A DNA stretch of 64,000 nt from Octopus sinensis (lineage: Eukaryota), in the NCBI RefSeq assembly GCF_006345805.1, contig NC_042998.1, forward strand, positions 31,124,001 to 31,188,000, read 5' to 3'. Position numbers and translations under genes: made by a program. The notes under the pieces were generated by a model that saw nothing but the letters and a program-made list of their open reading frames with translations, was not told the origin of the DNA and ran no database searches. This document shows, piece by piece, positions 26,501-40,700 of this stretch. Within the stretch, counting starts at the first letter, position 1. Every line of letters begins with the position of its first letter.

Positions 26501-29500
26501 TGGTCAGCCAGGGATGTGATGAATTGTCTTTCTGGAATCCTGAAAAAGGACCTGTGGTTGTACAAGAGTCACTTACGGCTGACCTGATATATTTCTTTGC
26601 TCACATTACTGACATATCTTCCGTTGGCTCAAGGCCTGGAGATGTTGCTGGGGCTGCCATTGATATTGTTATCACTACAAGGTGTGGGCAATATTGCTGT
26701 AGCTGTTGTTGTTATGGTGGTCATCCCTGACCATGGCATTGGTGTTACTGTCACCAATGGTGATGTGGGTGTCATCATTGGTAACAGTGAGTGTAGGTTG
26801 GTGATGCTGGTATCAGCAGTCATCCTCTTCAGCCGTAGTGCTGGTGCTGGGGTCATTGGTGTTTCTACCACTGTCGTCTATACTGTCAATGTTGTTCTAT
26901 GATCCATTACTGCTATTTCTAATGGTCACTAGGTCTGGGTATCACCACAGCCTCATAGATGACTCCTTTGGCCTCGCATTGGTATCCCACAGGACAGTCA
27001 CTGTACACCCTGTAAGAGCAACCAGCCTTGTCCCATGTTTTATGGGTGTTAGCTAGTATACTTTTCCTGTTAGGTGCACAACTGAAGGAGACCCTTAGGT
27101 TGTGCCTATTAAACAAATGTCCACATGTGTGTCTGACTAACCTGAGGAATATTCTTCCTACACAAGTCTTACCGTTGAGTGAGTAGGATGGGGAAAACCA
27201 AATGATGTTTCAGCAGTGCTTTCTTTTGAGGGTGCTAGGGGCTGGTATGTAGGAGATGTGCTTCTTAAACCCACTTGACTTGAGGATAAATTCAAGATCC
27301 TCTTGCTGACACCTTTGACTATGGTTCTTGAATACGTTAGGGAAGTGGCAGGAGGCTCTATTGATATAAGACAGCCTCTCATTTGGCTTGTGATAGGGCC
27401 TGTGTGTACCAGAGCCCAAGTCTAAGGTAACATCTAGGAAGTCTACAGTAATGAGGTTCATCTCGATTGTAATTTTGAATCTCATGGAGCCTAGGGTGCT
27501 AATCAGGTCCTTTCTAAACCTACCAAGTGTGTGCCTATAGGCTCCTCTAGAGATGGCCAGAGTGTCATCTCTATAGAGACTGAAGGGAATTTCTTCCCTA
27601 AGGTGTCCAGAATGTATAGTCCAATGAGATCACATATGTCAGTTCTGTCGAAGGCTCTCTTCACCACATTGAATCATTATTGAACAGCACCATTCTCCTG
27701 GTATGCATGATAACATCAATGTCCCTCTCGCTAATGTCTGTGAAACCCTTAGCAAAGGTAAGTGCTTTGATCAGCAACCTGCTTAATATAAAGAGGTAAA
27801 AGTCAACTACGTCTAATTGTGTGAACCTTCCTCTGCCCCTCCGCCAGTTGGCATTAAACCATGAGGTAACCTCTATGGTGCTGCACCATAGAGAGAGACC
27901 AGAGGTTCTCCCTATACTATCGTTGATCTTCCTCAGAATATGTTTGTTTGCCTGGCCAATCTTGAATTTGGGCCAGGTTTATCAGGCAGCATTTGGTGTT
28001 AGAAGCAAAATTTGGCTTCTGGTCTTTGATTGTGATGAAGGCATTTCTTATGGCTAAAATTTTACCCAATCTGATATGTTTAGACTAATTGCTATCTGTT
28101 TGGCTTCACTGTAAGTGTTTTTGTTTGGATAGCACGCCTATATTTCTGTGTAATGCAATTATGTAAAAGGCTATTGTGTATGCCTATCCTACATGTGTTT
28201 TTTTAATTTTATTCAAGAATATATACATGTGTGTATTTGTGTGTGTGGACTAAACAGAACAGGAGGAGACATGTGGGATACAGATCAATGAAGAGGTCAC
28301 AGGATGTGTGACAAACTCCAGTTTCTTGTTAAAATAGATGTTTTCGATCTAGTTTGGATTCTTTGCCATCAAATTTGAATTTTTCAATTGGTGCTCAAAC
28401 CTTGAAAAAAAAAAAAAAAAGAGTTAAACTACATCAGCCATAAGGGAATACATGTCTATCTTATCTAACTCATCCAGTAGAGCCCACCAATTGATATCTG
28501 AAAAGTTCGATGAAATAACTCATAGCTTCTACCAAAAGATGCTCTGTTACATCAACCGGTCTGAACAAGGGGAGATAATCAACGAATGATTCTTTTTCTA
28601 TTGTTTGCGTATGTTTGAACAGTTCATTCAAGACGATTTGTACATTTTTACAAACAGTAACTTTTTTTGCGAGAAATATCAGTTAGGAAAATTTTAAAAC
28701 CCTTATCTCAGGATAGCTAATAAACCTGGTCTGATTTAAATCAACAATTGTTGATCATAACTTTTAATCATGAGGGTAATTTCACCCCTCCCCAAAATTG
28801 CATAAAATTGCTTTAAAGCACGGGTTTATGCTACATCCTCCCCTCCCCCATGGTATGTCTTTTAACTAGACTGTCTATTGTACATGGCATGCGCGTGTCT
28901 TAGATGACATGTGGATGCATTCAGGCAGGTCGTTATATCAGGATTAGTAATGAGCTCATTTTTTCCTTTATGCCTACGTATGGTGAATTGCTATTAGTAA
29001 TGTTTATTCCTTCTCGAGCCATGCCTGGCTCATAAGGGATGGTTTCCTTGGTGTATAGGTCTCCCACCTGAACGGGACGCCGGTCCATCGCAGGTGAGCT
29101 GCAAGATGCACACCAGGCAAAATGCTTAGCGGTATTTCATCTGTCTTTACATTCTAAGTTCAAATTCTGCCATGGTCGACTTTGCCTTTCAGGATCAATA
29201 ATTTAAGTACCAGTTGTGTACTGAGGTTGATCTAATCGAATGGCCCCCACCCTCAAAATTTCAGGCCTTGTGCCTAGAGCAGAAAAGAATATTTCTTGTT
29301 GATACGGTGGTGAGCTGGCAGAAAAGTTAGGACACTAGGCAAAATGCTTAGCAATATTTCGTCTGTCTTTATATTCTGAGTTCAAATTCTGTTGAGGTCG
29401 ACTTTGCCTTTCATCCTTTCGGGGTCGATAAATTAAGTACCAGTTGCATACTGGGGTCGATTTAATTGATTGGCCTCCTCCCACAAAAATTTCAAGCTTT

Positions 29501-31710
29501 GTGCCTAGAATAGAAAAGAAAAGGATATTTCTTGTTTATAGATATAATAAAATAAACGATGATGATGATGAAATTGATGTTTTCATTTCTTGATGGTAAT
29601 GCTGAAGCATGTGTCTCATGTAACCAATGACTCTTCTGTTCCCCAATTGCAATCTAAAATTTTTTAAATACCTAAGAGCTAGCAGACTAACCAGGTAACA
29701 AAAATTTTCAAGTGAAATATAGCATTAACTAGGTTATAGAAATAAAAAAAAAGAAAAAGAAATCATGTGATAGAACAGAATGAACTTCAGAGAAAGAAAA
29801 AGAAAAAAACTGTCAAAAAAATTAGTGTAGTAGTCTAGAAAAGGAAGATGGTTAAATGGAAAAACTGGAGTGGTGGTCTTCAAAACAAAACTTCAAGGAT
29901 GGTGAGAATTTTATTTGAACTACTTAATATCTTAAGAAAATTCATTGAAAATTGAATAAAGGCGATAATATACTGGAGTGTATAATTTCACTTAATATCT
30001 ATAATTTGATAAGGTGCTGAGTAAATAAAATTATGACCAATGAAATTATCAGAAGAGTTTTTTTCTCTAGATTTCATATATTTGGAAGTAGAATTTTACA
30101 ATTTAATGAAAATTGTTTTTTCAGTTACTGTGAAGGCTTCAATGAAACATGTTTCAAAAACGAATTCTCAATAAGTAAGTAATATCTTTTTAATTATCTA
30201 GATAACTGATAATCTGTCTATATCTGTTTCTATTCATTTGTGTGAGTGTGTGTAAATAAATATACATATAAGCGCAGGAGTGGCTGAGTAGTAATTAGCT
30301 TGTTTACCAACCAAATGGTTCCGGCCAGATTTGGAATCTGGCCTGGAAGTCATTTCCCATAAGCAACTAAAGGACCTTCTGCAATTTGCTCTGGATCTTG
30401 ACAACAGTGTTAAAACGGCAATCTTTGAGTTGCATTTTTATCATGGTGGACAGAAGGTATCAAAAGGCTCCCAGACTAGTCCTGCTTAATAAAAAATAAC
30501 TTATTTACCTAAGTTTCAACATCATCATCTTCAAAATAGTCACCTTGTACAGCAATATACTGGTCCCAGTATCCCAGGCTCTTTTGAAATCTGGCCTGGA
30601 AGTTGTTTTCTCAAAGTGAGTTGAGGACCATCTGCTACTTGTACTGGATCTTGATAAGTGTTAAAACAGTGACTTCTGAGCTACATTTTCATACTGGGGA
30701 AGAGCTGGAAATCTACACATCACATGCTAAATCTTGTGAATAGGGCAGGTGTGGAAGCAATACCATGTTGATTTTGGTGAGAAATTCACAAGTGAGTAGA
30801 GCTTGGTGAAGAATCCAATTCTTTGCACTTCACATAACTGATTGCTTTCACTGAATGTCCTCCCTTAAATGCTTCAAAATGTCACAATAGAAATTTCAAT
30901 AAATAATCTGGCCCTGGATGACAAATTTTCAATGCACAATACTACATTTCTAGGGGTGACACCTGTGATAGGTCTTCCAGGAACGTTCTTCCATTTTGGA
31001 AGTGCCCATGCCACTCTAAGTACTACATACAACTCATTGCCTCATTGCTGTAAGCTTGCCAAAGCATGCTCAATGTCACTGTAGCAGACTTTTCAAGTTT
31101 GACACAAAATTTCACATAGGCTCTTTGTTCCAATTTCCTGTCCATGACAGAATTGCAGACTACAGTATACATGTGATCACAAAAACACAAATTTCACAAG
31201 GGCAGGAAACGTTAATTGTCCTCTGGAAGACATTTGTTTTTAGCCATCTAGACTATTGCTCCCAATTGTGATAACCACTTAGCATAAAATTAATTGTGGA
31301 ACTTGAACCAATCCAATGCTATATGCCAAAAAAAGCTCATCACTAGCTAGGGCAAACTGAAAAAGTTAAGACTTTATTCCCTAGAGTGAAGACTAGCTAG
31401 ATATGCAATAATATGTGGCAGGAAGATCTTGGTAGAAATGTGCCAAACTTTGTCCCATTTTGTTTCAGTCCACTCAGTTGTAATGAGTAACCCTGCAGTG
31501 GACTGATATTCTATTCAAAGGGAATGTTTGCATCATTCAAAAGCTACACCAATGCAAGGAATCTCATTGGGATCAGTGATATATAACAATATTCGATAGC
31601 TGGTTGATACAGTGATATATACATACACCTTGGGTTGATGCCTTTTACTATAACCTAGGAGGCCAATGACAAATGAGCAAATTTACTAAACAGAAACAGT
31701 GCAGAAGCCT

Positions 31711-31766
<56 letters not shown>

Positions 31767-34700
31767 TGTGAGAGAGAGAGAGAGTAACCTAGCAATTCAG
31801 CAATAAAAAGCTAATATATATACCAGATTTTAAAAAAGTGATACTGGAATCAATTTGATCAACTAAACTTTTCCAAGGCCGTACACAATCAGCATAGCCA
31901 TAGTTTAATGACTGAAACAATAAAAAGTTAATAGCAAACATCTGTATAAATACATGTTTGTTTGTTTTTGTTTAAGTGTTTATTGATGTAAAACAAAGTG
32001 GATCTTCAACTTCATGTTCATAGTTTTCAATTTAGTCAGCTCTTGACCGTTTCATTCTAAATGAGGTTGTGATAACTATTTCAAAAGTCAGCTGATCAAC
32101 TGTTAATTCCAGCACATGAATATAATAGTTTATTTACTAATCCTTTAGTAACTAAAACAAAATTGGCTGTTGATAATAGGGAAGTACCATAATTCCTTAT
32201 TAATTTAAATAATAATAGTGTGTATCATTTTGTTCCCTCTTCCACATACATTATTTTTATCCTAATTGATTAACCCTTTCATTACCAACCCAACTGAAAC
32301 CAGCTCTGGTTCTGAGTACAAATGTCTTGTTTTCATAAGTTTTGAATTAAAATCTTCCACCAAACCTTATCCTAACACTAGCTTAATGATAACTAAGTTA
32401 TTTTTATTAAATTCTTTGTTCTATTTAAAGTAATTGAAAGAAACACAGAGCCTATCAAAATAAATACAGTAACAAAAGGGTTAATTTACTTTTCTGAGTC
32501 TAAGAACATTTTATAAGAATGTGTTTGTGTTATGTATATACATGTATTATATATGTTTATATGTATATACATGTATTATATATGTTTATATATATATATA
32601 TGTATGTGTAAGGGTTTGTTTGTTTGCTTTTATATTTCTAAGTATCTACATAAATATATTTTCCCTTTCAATAAATATTTTTTTTTTAGTTGATGGTATC
32701 TGGACTGAATGGACCGAATGGAGTAATTGCAGTGGCTCATGCCAGCCTGGTGCTTTCAGGCAAAGACAGCGTTCATGTTCAAACCCATTACCACAGTGTG
32801 GTGGCAAAGAATGTGTTGGTAACTCTATTGAATTAGAAGATTGCAATACAGATGCAAAATGTAAGCCATTCTTTATATCACTTCTACACTGTTTGAAATA
32901 TCTTTTCAGGTCACTTTGAGTTTCTGAATTTTCATAAATAATCTTTTCTAAATCATTAAAGTCTAGATGTGATACAATATGGAGGTCAAATATTTTTTTT
33001 TTACATGTTGAATGCCTGCCATGACTACTAACTCTCAATCTCAAACTCTTAAATAACCATTTCCATTAGAAACACACTATGGTTACTTCTCAGAAACTAT
33101 ATCTCTGATGAAATAAAACCTTTAGACTAAAAAAAAATACAGAATTTACCAAATTTCATAAACTTTTCCTCAATACTTCACTTAACTTTCTCATTTTCTT
33201 TTTGCTCTTATTTAATTTATTGTCAAAGTGATTTACTTCATTTACATATTTACCATAATCTTATGGATCAGTAGATAATTCAGACACCATTAAATATTTC
33301 ATCTTGAACAAATGAGGCTAATGAAATCCCTCCCTCCTCAAGCAGTACTCACAAAAGAAGCTGAACTCAGTACTGGAAATAAACAAGGTATCCATCAATG
33401 TTAATGATCCTACAGCTTACAATAGGAAGCTGTACTACTGCTTAATACCTATTTATATCTGGAGCTAATAAAGCAGTCTATATAAGGTCTTTTTAAACCA
33501 CACTCCATCATTAAAAAAAAAAAGAGACTGAATAATGTGGCTGTGTGATAAGAAGCTTGCTTTCCAACCACATGGTTCTGAGTTCAGTCCCACTGTGTGG
33601 AACCTTGGACAAATGTCTTCAAATATAGCCTCAGGCCAACAAAAGCCTTGTGAGTGGATTTGGCAGACGGAAACTGAAAGAAGTCCGTCATATATGTACA
33701 TGCATATATACATATATATGTGTATATTTCTGAAAAGTGACATTTTGCCCCCCCTTGGAGTAAACAGCTGGATTTGCCATCACTAAAAGCCAAGAATCCA
33801 TTATTACTGACAACCTGACCAGCTGCAAAGATGTCAACAAAAATCTTTTCTTCTTTCTCTTTTTTCTTCCTTCTTTTTCTTTAACACCTTTTTCAGATAC
33901 AAAAACACACACATGCTCTCTCTCGCTTTCTCCCCATTCATCACCCTCTTGTACTATTTTATATCTCTCCCCACCACTACACACTGAATAATACTATATA
34001 AAAAGTCAAAATTCCTGCAAAACTTACTTTAATTTGAAGACTCCACTAGAGTGGAAGAAAGCGCTAATATGATATATGATTTATAAAAACATGTAACATA
34101 CTAATAAATATCTGTAAATATAAAACCATCCATATTTCTGCAACCAATGTTGGTGTGTTTACATCCCCCATAACTTAGTGGTTCAGCAAAAGTGACTGAT
34201 AGAATAAGTACTAGGCTTACAAAGAGTAAGTCCTGGGGTTGATTTATGGCCGCAGTCAAATGACTGAAACAAGTTAAAAAAAGAATAAATGTAAATATCA
34301 GGTGAATCCATCCTGCTATGGGCTCATCAGTGACAGCAACTTAACAGCCATATCTTCTTTCAACAATATAAAGAATAATAATGTCTATTCAGGCACTAGT
34401 GTCACAAATTACATGTGGGCTTCTTAAAATATAATTAGTAGTAACATAAAAGCTACCCAGCACATTTTGTGACGTTGTTAGTATTATGTAGGGTATCCAG
34501 CCATAGAAACAAGACAAAACAGACTAGAGCCTAGTGCAGGTCTCTGGCTTATCAGCCCCAGTCAAACTGTTTTACCCATGCCAGCATGAAAAATGGATGC
34601 TAAATAATGATGATGAGTGACGGAAGCAGTATTAATTCCAAAAGGCAATCTGAATCTCCAATTTAACATGGAGGTTGTGTTAGAATACCGAATACTGCAT

Positions 34701-37700
34701 TACTTACTTTGAGAGGTCTTCTCATCTGGACTTGTGGTGCATAAAAACACTCTACTGTCATCAATATAAATACAAATGTTTTTATGCACCACAAGTCCAT
34801 ATGACAAGACCTCTCAAGGTAAGTAAAGCAGAGTTCTGTATTCTAACACAATCTTCATGATAAGTTGGAGAGCAAGGGTCTTTCTAAGTTTCATTATAAA
34901 ATAAGAAACTCAACGAAAAGTCCAATATATGATGTCAGAAATTAGCGCTTGTCTGATGTAGTGAGTTTATAATTAGAATATTTATAACTCTAGTAGTACT
35001 GATGTATTATTTTTTGTATATTTCTAAGGCTGCATATTTGATACATGGTCATTCTGGTCATCATGTGATCAAAGTTGTGGACCTGGCAACCAAACGCGTG
35101 AAAGAACAGGTTTAACGGGATCTTTTTGTGGCAATTATACTGAGTCTGAGCAACAGCATTGTGAAATTCAACCATGTGACGGTAAGAGTAACTTGCATTA
35201 CATTTACTTTTTGTCTTTTTTTCCTATCATGATCCTTATCTGTACTCATTTTAAAGGAGAAAAGTGTGATGTTAATAGGTTAGCACTATTAATTTGAATA
35301 GCTAATAAGGTAAAAATTCAGTATCAATAAATTTTTAAATTCCTATTTTTCTCAGAGGAACTTTTTTATTACAATTCCTTGTTATATTTAATCCAACTGC
35401 TGAATATTGTGTTTTGAGCTCATATCATTATGATACACTTACCAAGTTTTATTTTTATTTCTTCTGCATTTGTCACTGTATGTTTATTCTGTTTGGTTTT
35501 ATTAATTGATCTGTTTTCATTGTTACAAAATTTTAAAAGGTAATAATGAATGCATTTCCATTTTACAAAGCTAAGCTATTTCTACAGGTTATTGGTACTA
35601 GTACAGGTACAAATGAATAGGAAAAATTAAAATAGTCCATAAAGTAGAAATGCTGTTAAGAAACAGTATCTCTGGAACACAAACTAACCACATTTGGAGA
35701 CACTGCTTATGAAGTAGTTAAAACATCCATCATAAAGGTGACTTGATCTTGATTTTGAGGTGCCTGACCATCCTTGGAGGTGCAAGTTCAAATGCAGACT
35801 GTGGCACAAAATATAAGAGACATGTCCCATAGAGTGTATTGAGTTAAGGGCCAAAACACTCCCATAAGGAATTGGGAGTGTCTTAAGATCTGCTGTTCAG
35901 TACTTTCTAGTGCTTCTTGCCACTATTTACCAAGTATATGACTTTCATTGATCTTTACAACCTGTTTATAGTACATAATCCTTTTTTATCACTTAGCCAG
36001 GAAGGACAAGCAATGCCATGGCCTTTTCATGGCCTCTAATTCAGGTGAGAAAGGGAGGAAGGTATCCTAAACCTGGAGACTTAGCCTGAATGCTTGCAAC
36101 ATAAAGCTACACAAGAAACAGATAATGACATAAAACTGTGCAACAGATTAAGTCTATCAGCCATGTAGGTAGCGACAAGATCTGAACTCTATATGCAAAA
36201 AGCAGGAAGACAAGGAATCTTGTCCTATCAAATGTTCTAATGATTCTGACAGTTCACCACTTAAGCCTGGTACTTTATTTATCAGTCTTGAAAGGATGAA
36301 AGGCAAAGTTGACCTGGATGGGATTTGAAACCAGAACACATGCAACCACAATAAATATCTTAAGATATTCCATTAGATACTCTGACAACTTAAAAAATAA
36401 CTGAACATATAGTAGTATCTTAAGCTACCATTTCACTGGAGCATAATCTCCATGGAAAACTCCTATACTGTGGAAGATAACAGATCATTTTCAGAGAACA
36501 AGCTATCTCAAGCAACTGACCAGTTTTGTTACTTGAGCACAAGCTCAGTCAGTGGTGGATAACATGCTAATGAGATAGCGTAAAAAATAATGTTACACAA
36601 AATAAGTATCAAACATCAAAAGAATGTAATTCTGAATGTCATATTTACCTCACCAAGAGAGTAGAAAAATTGGTAATGTTCAAAAGCATTATTATGAGAA
36701 GTATGGAATAAATAAAATTACAACATCGTGTCAGAATCCCAGTTTGTCATCAAGAGAAACTATGTTTAAAGAAGCAATGTCAATAGAATTAAGAACCTAC
36801 ACTCAGTTAAGTCATGCTTGCATGCACATAAGCACAGACAAAAACTAATCCTTTAGTTAATAAGAAAACGAAAAAGAAAACAAAATGAAACAGTGGCAGC
36901 AGCGGAACAGCGTTAATCCCTCAGACATTTTTCAATTTATAAAACCCATCATAAGAACACCCTGAATTTCCATTGATAAGGATTTATGGAGGTTTGTTTA
37001 AATTCACCAATGTAGGACGTGTCATGTAATTAACAATAAGACTGGAGCCTAGTGCAGCTGCTGGCTCTCCAGACCTCAGTCAAACCGTCCAACATGGAAA
37101 ACAGACGTTAAATGATGATGATATACAGTGTAGAATCAAGTAAGTAAATTGAATATTGTGAGGGGTCTTGTCTGAGTGACCAATATGTATACAGCATGCA
37201 CAAAGACACAAATTTTAGTAGAGGGTATTATCAGTTAGTTAACCCCAGTATATCAATGTTACTTATTTTACCAACCCGGAAGGAAAGCAAAGTTGATCAC
37301 AATGGGACAAAAAACAAAGTCTGAGTGTAATTTTGATGTCTAACCCTATCTCAATACATATAAACTACATAAAGAAGCATGTAATTTATAACAAAATGGG
37401 TAGTGGCTATGAAAGAAAGGCCTTATTTTGTGTGGGTTCCCAACACCTGATAGTGTCAGAGGAGCACAATCATGACATATGGCATGTTTTGAGTATTCTT
37501 AGGCCTGGTACAGTCCATCCCTCTCCAGGTCAAATGGACTGTAACAATACAAAATGAAATACCTTATTGAAGAACACAGTGCATCACCTTGTGAAAGAAA
37601 AATCATGAGCCAAACACCTAAACCACTATGCCATATATATTCACAGGATTATTAAACAAAATATGTCATAGTAACCCTAAAAATAAAGATTTGGTTTTAT

Positions 37701-40700
37701 ATTATAAAAGCTCATGGCTAGTGCACTTCAAGTTTTGGCACAAGGCCAGCAATTTTGGGAAAGCAATAAGTTGATTATATCAGTCCCAGTGCTCAAATGG
37801 TATTTATTTTATTTACCCTGAAAGGTTGAAGAGCAAAATCAAACTCTGCAGAATTTAAACCTAGAATATAATGATCGATGAAATGCCAAGTAGCACCAAA
37901 TAGATTAAAACCAAAAACAACACATTCAAAGTAACAGTGTAAATTATGATACAGCCTTCAATAGACTATCTCAGAGCTGAGAGTTTCCAGACAATTGTTG
38001 TATAGTTTCAATAACACAATAAAATGGAAGATTTTTGAATTGTAATATTGTTTTCAACATGAGAAGCCTTAAAGAAAAAAAACAACATTTTCCATTTCAT
38101 CATCATTTAACATCCATTTTCCATGCTGGCATCGGTTGGATGGCTTGAGAGGAGCTGGTAAGGCTGGGGCCATACCAGGCTCCATTTTTCTGTTCTGACA
38201 TGGTTTCTATGGTTGGATGTCCTTCCTAATGCCAGCCATATTATAGAGGGTACTGGGTGCTTTTTATGTGGCAATAAATATATGTGTAGATACAATGCTT
38301 TTGATATATTTGTTTCAGTGGGTACTTACTATGTTTTTGTTTTTTGTTACTAGTAACCTGTGGAGAATGGGGTGTATGGAGTGAGTGTAAAGGAGATTGT
38401 GGTAAAGGTATCTCTACAAGAACATTTACTCTTTCTGATGATCAACAGAACAATCCACAATGTAGTGTTTCTTACGAATCAAAAGAATGTGATCTTCAGA
38501 AACCATGTGGTATGTATAATGTTTTATTGTATTTATCATCTTTGATTAATCCCCTTTGTTCCTAATAAAATCTTAATCTTCAAAAATATTTAAATATTGA
38601 TGTTTTTCTATTTTAGTCTGTGGTGAAAATGAAGAGATTTCATCAACAGCTGACTGTGAACCCAAATGTGGTGCAGGCTTCCTGGCACCAAATTCTTCAG
38701 AATGTGAAACATTCAACTATGGCTGCAAGTGTAAATCTGGGCTGTTCAGAAATGAAAGTGGACATTGTATTCCAAAAGAGGATTGCAATCTGTATTGTTA
38801 TGTCGGTGATTCAATCAAGAAGGTAATTAACTTAGAAGCACATATACAAAAGATTATATTTGAATGTATACATTTATGGCTAATATAAATTGCAACACAT
38901 TCCATCATTCTATAATAATCTTTTCTACTGAATTTATCCTTAAAAACGAATAACACACCAAGCTGCACTGAATTCAATAGAAGCTGTTTGAGTATTGGTG
39001 TTGATCAAATATTAAAGTTGGTGATAATTAACACAACTGATTCTGTTCCACAAAATACTCTGTTCAAACTATAATTCTCTATTACAGAGCCATGATTCTG
39101 TAGTTAAAAGTGTGTACAACCTCTCTTAAATATAACATGTTAGCATTAGTAGAACCTCCATATCCTACTCTGGGTTATCTGGTTCATGTATAAAAAAACA
39201 ATATTGTTCCAGTACCTAAGCAGTTGTGATATTTTCGAGCTTTTGTACAAATTTTTGTTAATGTTTTTGCTATTGCTGCTATTATTTCAAATCAAAATAA
39301 AATATAGGTTTAAGATATAAAACTATTTCTCCACCATTAATTTTATTATGTAGAAATGCAGTATAGTGTAGTATATATAATGAAATGGTTTTAAAACTTA
39401 CATGTTTCAAAGTAGATGCAAGTTTATACCTTAAATCTTCAACTCATTCCATCACATCTGTACTGCTTAATGTGTAACTATTAGAAGAGCCTAGTTCTTC
39501 CATTTTATAACAGAGTAGCAGCAGATTGTATCAATTGTTAAAATAACAGATGAAGCTTAAATTTTTTACCAAAATATAATATAATGGTATGACGTGAAGC
39601 AAGATTATAATGCTAACTATATTACAAAGCAGTTAAACATAAACAGCCATTTTAAATCAGACTTACCCAGCTCATTCACTTTTCTGATATAACTTGCTGA
39701 CAAGTAAATGGGTTACAAAGTTTTAGTGCTTAACTGACAAGTAACCACATGAATATATTTGTGTTTTATTTCAATGCATAAAATTAAGTACCATGTTAAA
39801 TTATATTTTTTTGAAATCTAATAATTGATTTTTTTTCTCTGTAGATCATAAGTAAGAATAATATTTATATAAAAGTGAAGAATATTGCAATTAACATTTT
39901 GTTTGTTGGAGTTGTAGTTCTTCAGGTTTAGTTTAGCAAAGCAGACTTTTTACATGATTTACAAAATATCTACTGTAGTTATTTTGCAGAAAGCTCCTTT
40001 TACTATTCATTTCCTCATTTGTTACTATGAAATCCTAATATGTATTGGCCAGACTAGAAGGATAATTAACTCATCTGTTTCTCTCCCTCCTTGAACTTTG
40101 ATATACATATATATATATATAATATATATATCATCATCATCATCATTGTTTAACATCCACCTTCCATGCTGGAATGGTTTGACAAGAGCCGACCAGGTAG
40201 AAGCCTGCACCAGACTTCTGTAACTGTTTTGGCAGGATTTTTACAGCTGGATGCACTTCCTAACACCAACCACTCAGCAGAGTGGACTTAGTGCTTTTTA
40301 TGTGGCGCAAACACAGGCAAAGTTAATTTTGATAAGATTTTTACAGCTGGATGTCCTTCCAAACACCTACCACTTTACAGTGTGGACTGGGTGCTTTTAA
40401 GTGGCATCTATACTGACCAGGTCACCAAGTACTTGTAAGACAAAAAAAATCTCTTTTGAGAAGACAGCACTGGAGGAGGTGATCTTGTCAGATGATGAAA
40501 GTTATAGTGAGGCAGAGACAGAACAGGTGTCTTGCAGTAGAAGAGGCATGAGGTTACTCAGTCAGAGAGAGAGTGAGAGATCAGGAATGAAGACAGAAAC
40601 TTACCCAACCTGAGGAAAGTGCAGAAGGAGAGAGAGAGAGAGTCGGAGACAGAAGGATAGACATGGTGGTAAAATGTCTGACATACTCACAAGGGACAGG

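Noticed and set aside
26597-26902. Mucin-like or Thr-rich exon of the host gene
   Set aside because: The Thr-rich frame is on the - strand inside a Penelope remnant, and the flanking host exons join in phase without it.
34300-34335. CUGAUGA-GCCC on the - strand as another hammerhead
   Set aside because: No matching GGGC-GAAAC or stem I partner was found nearby.
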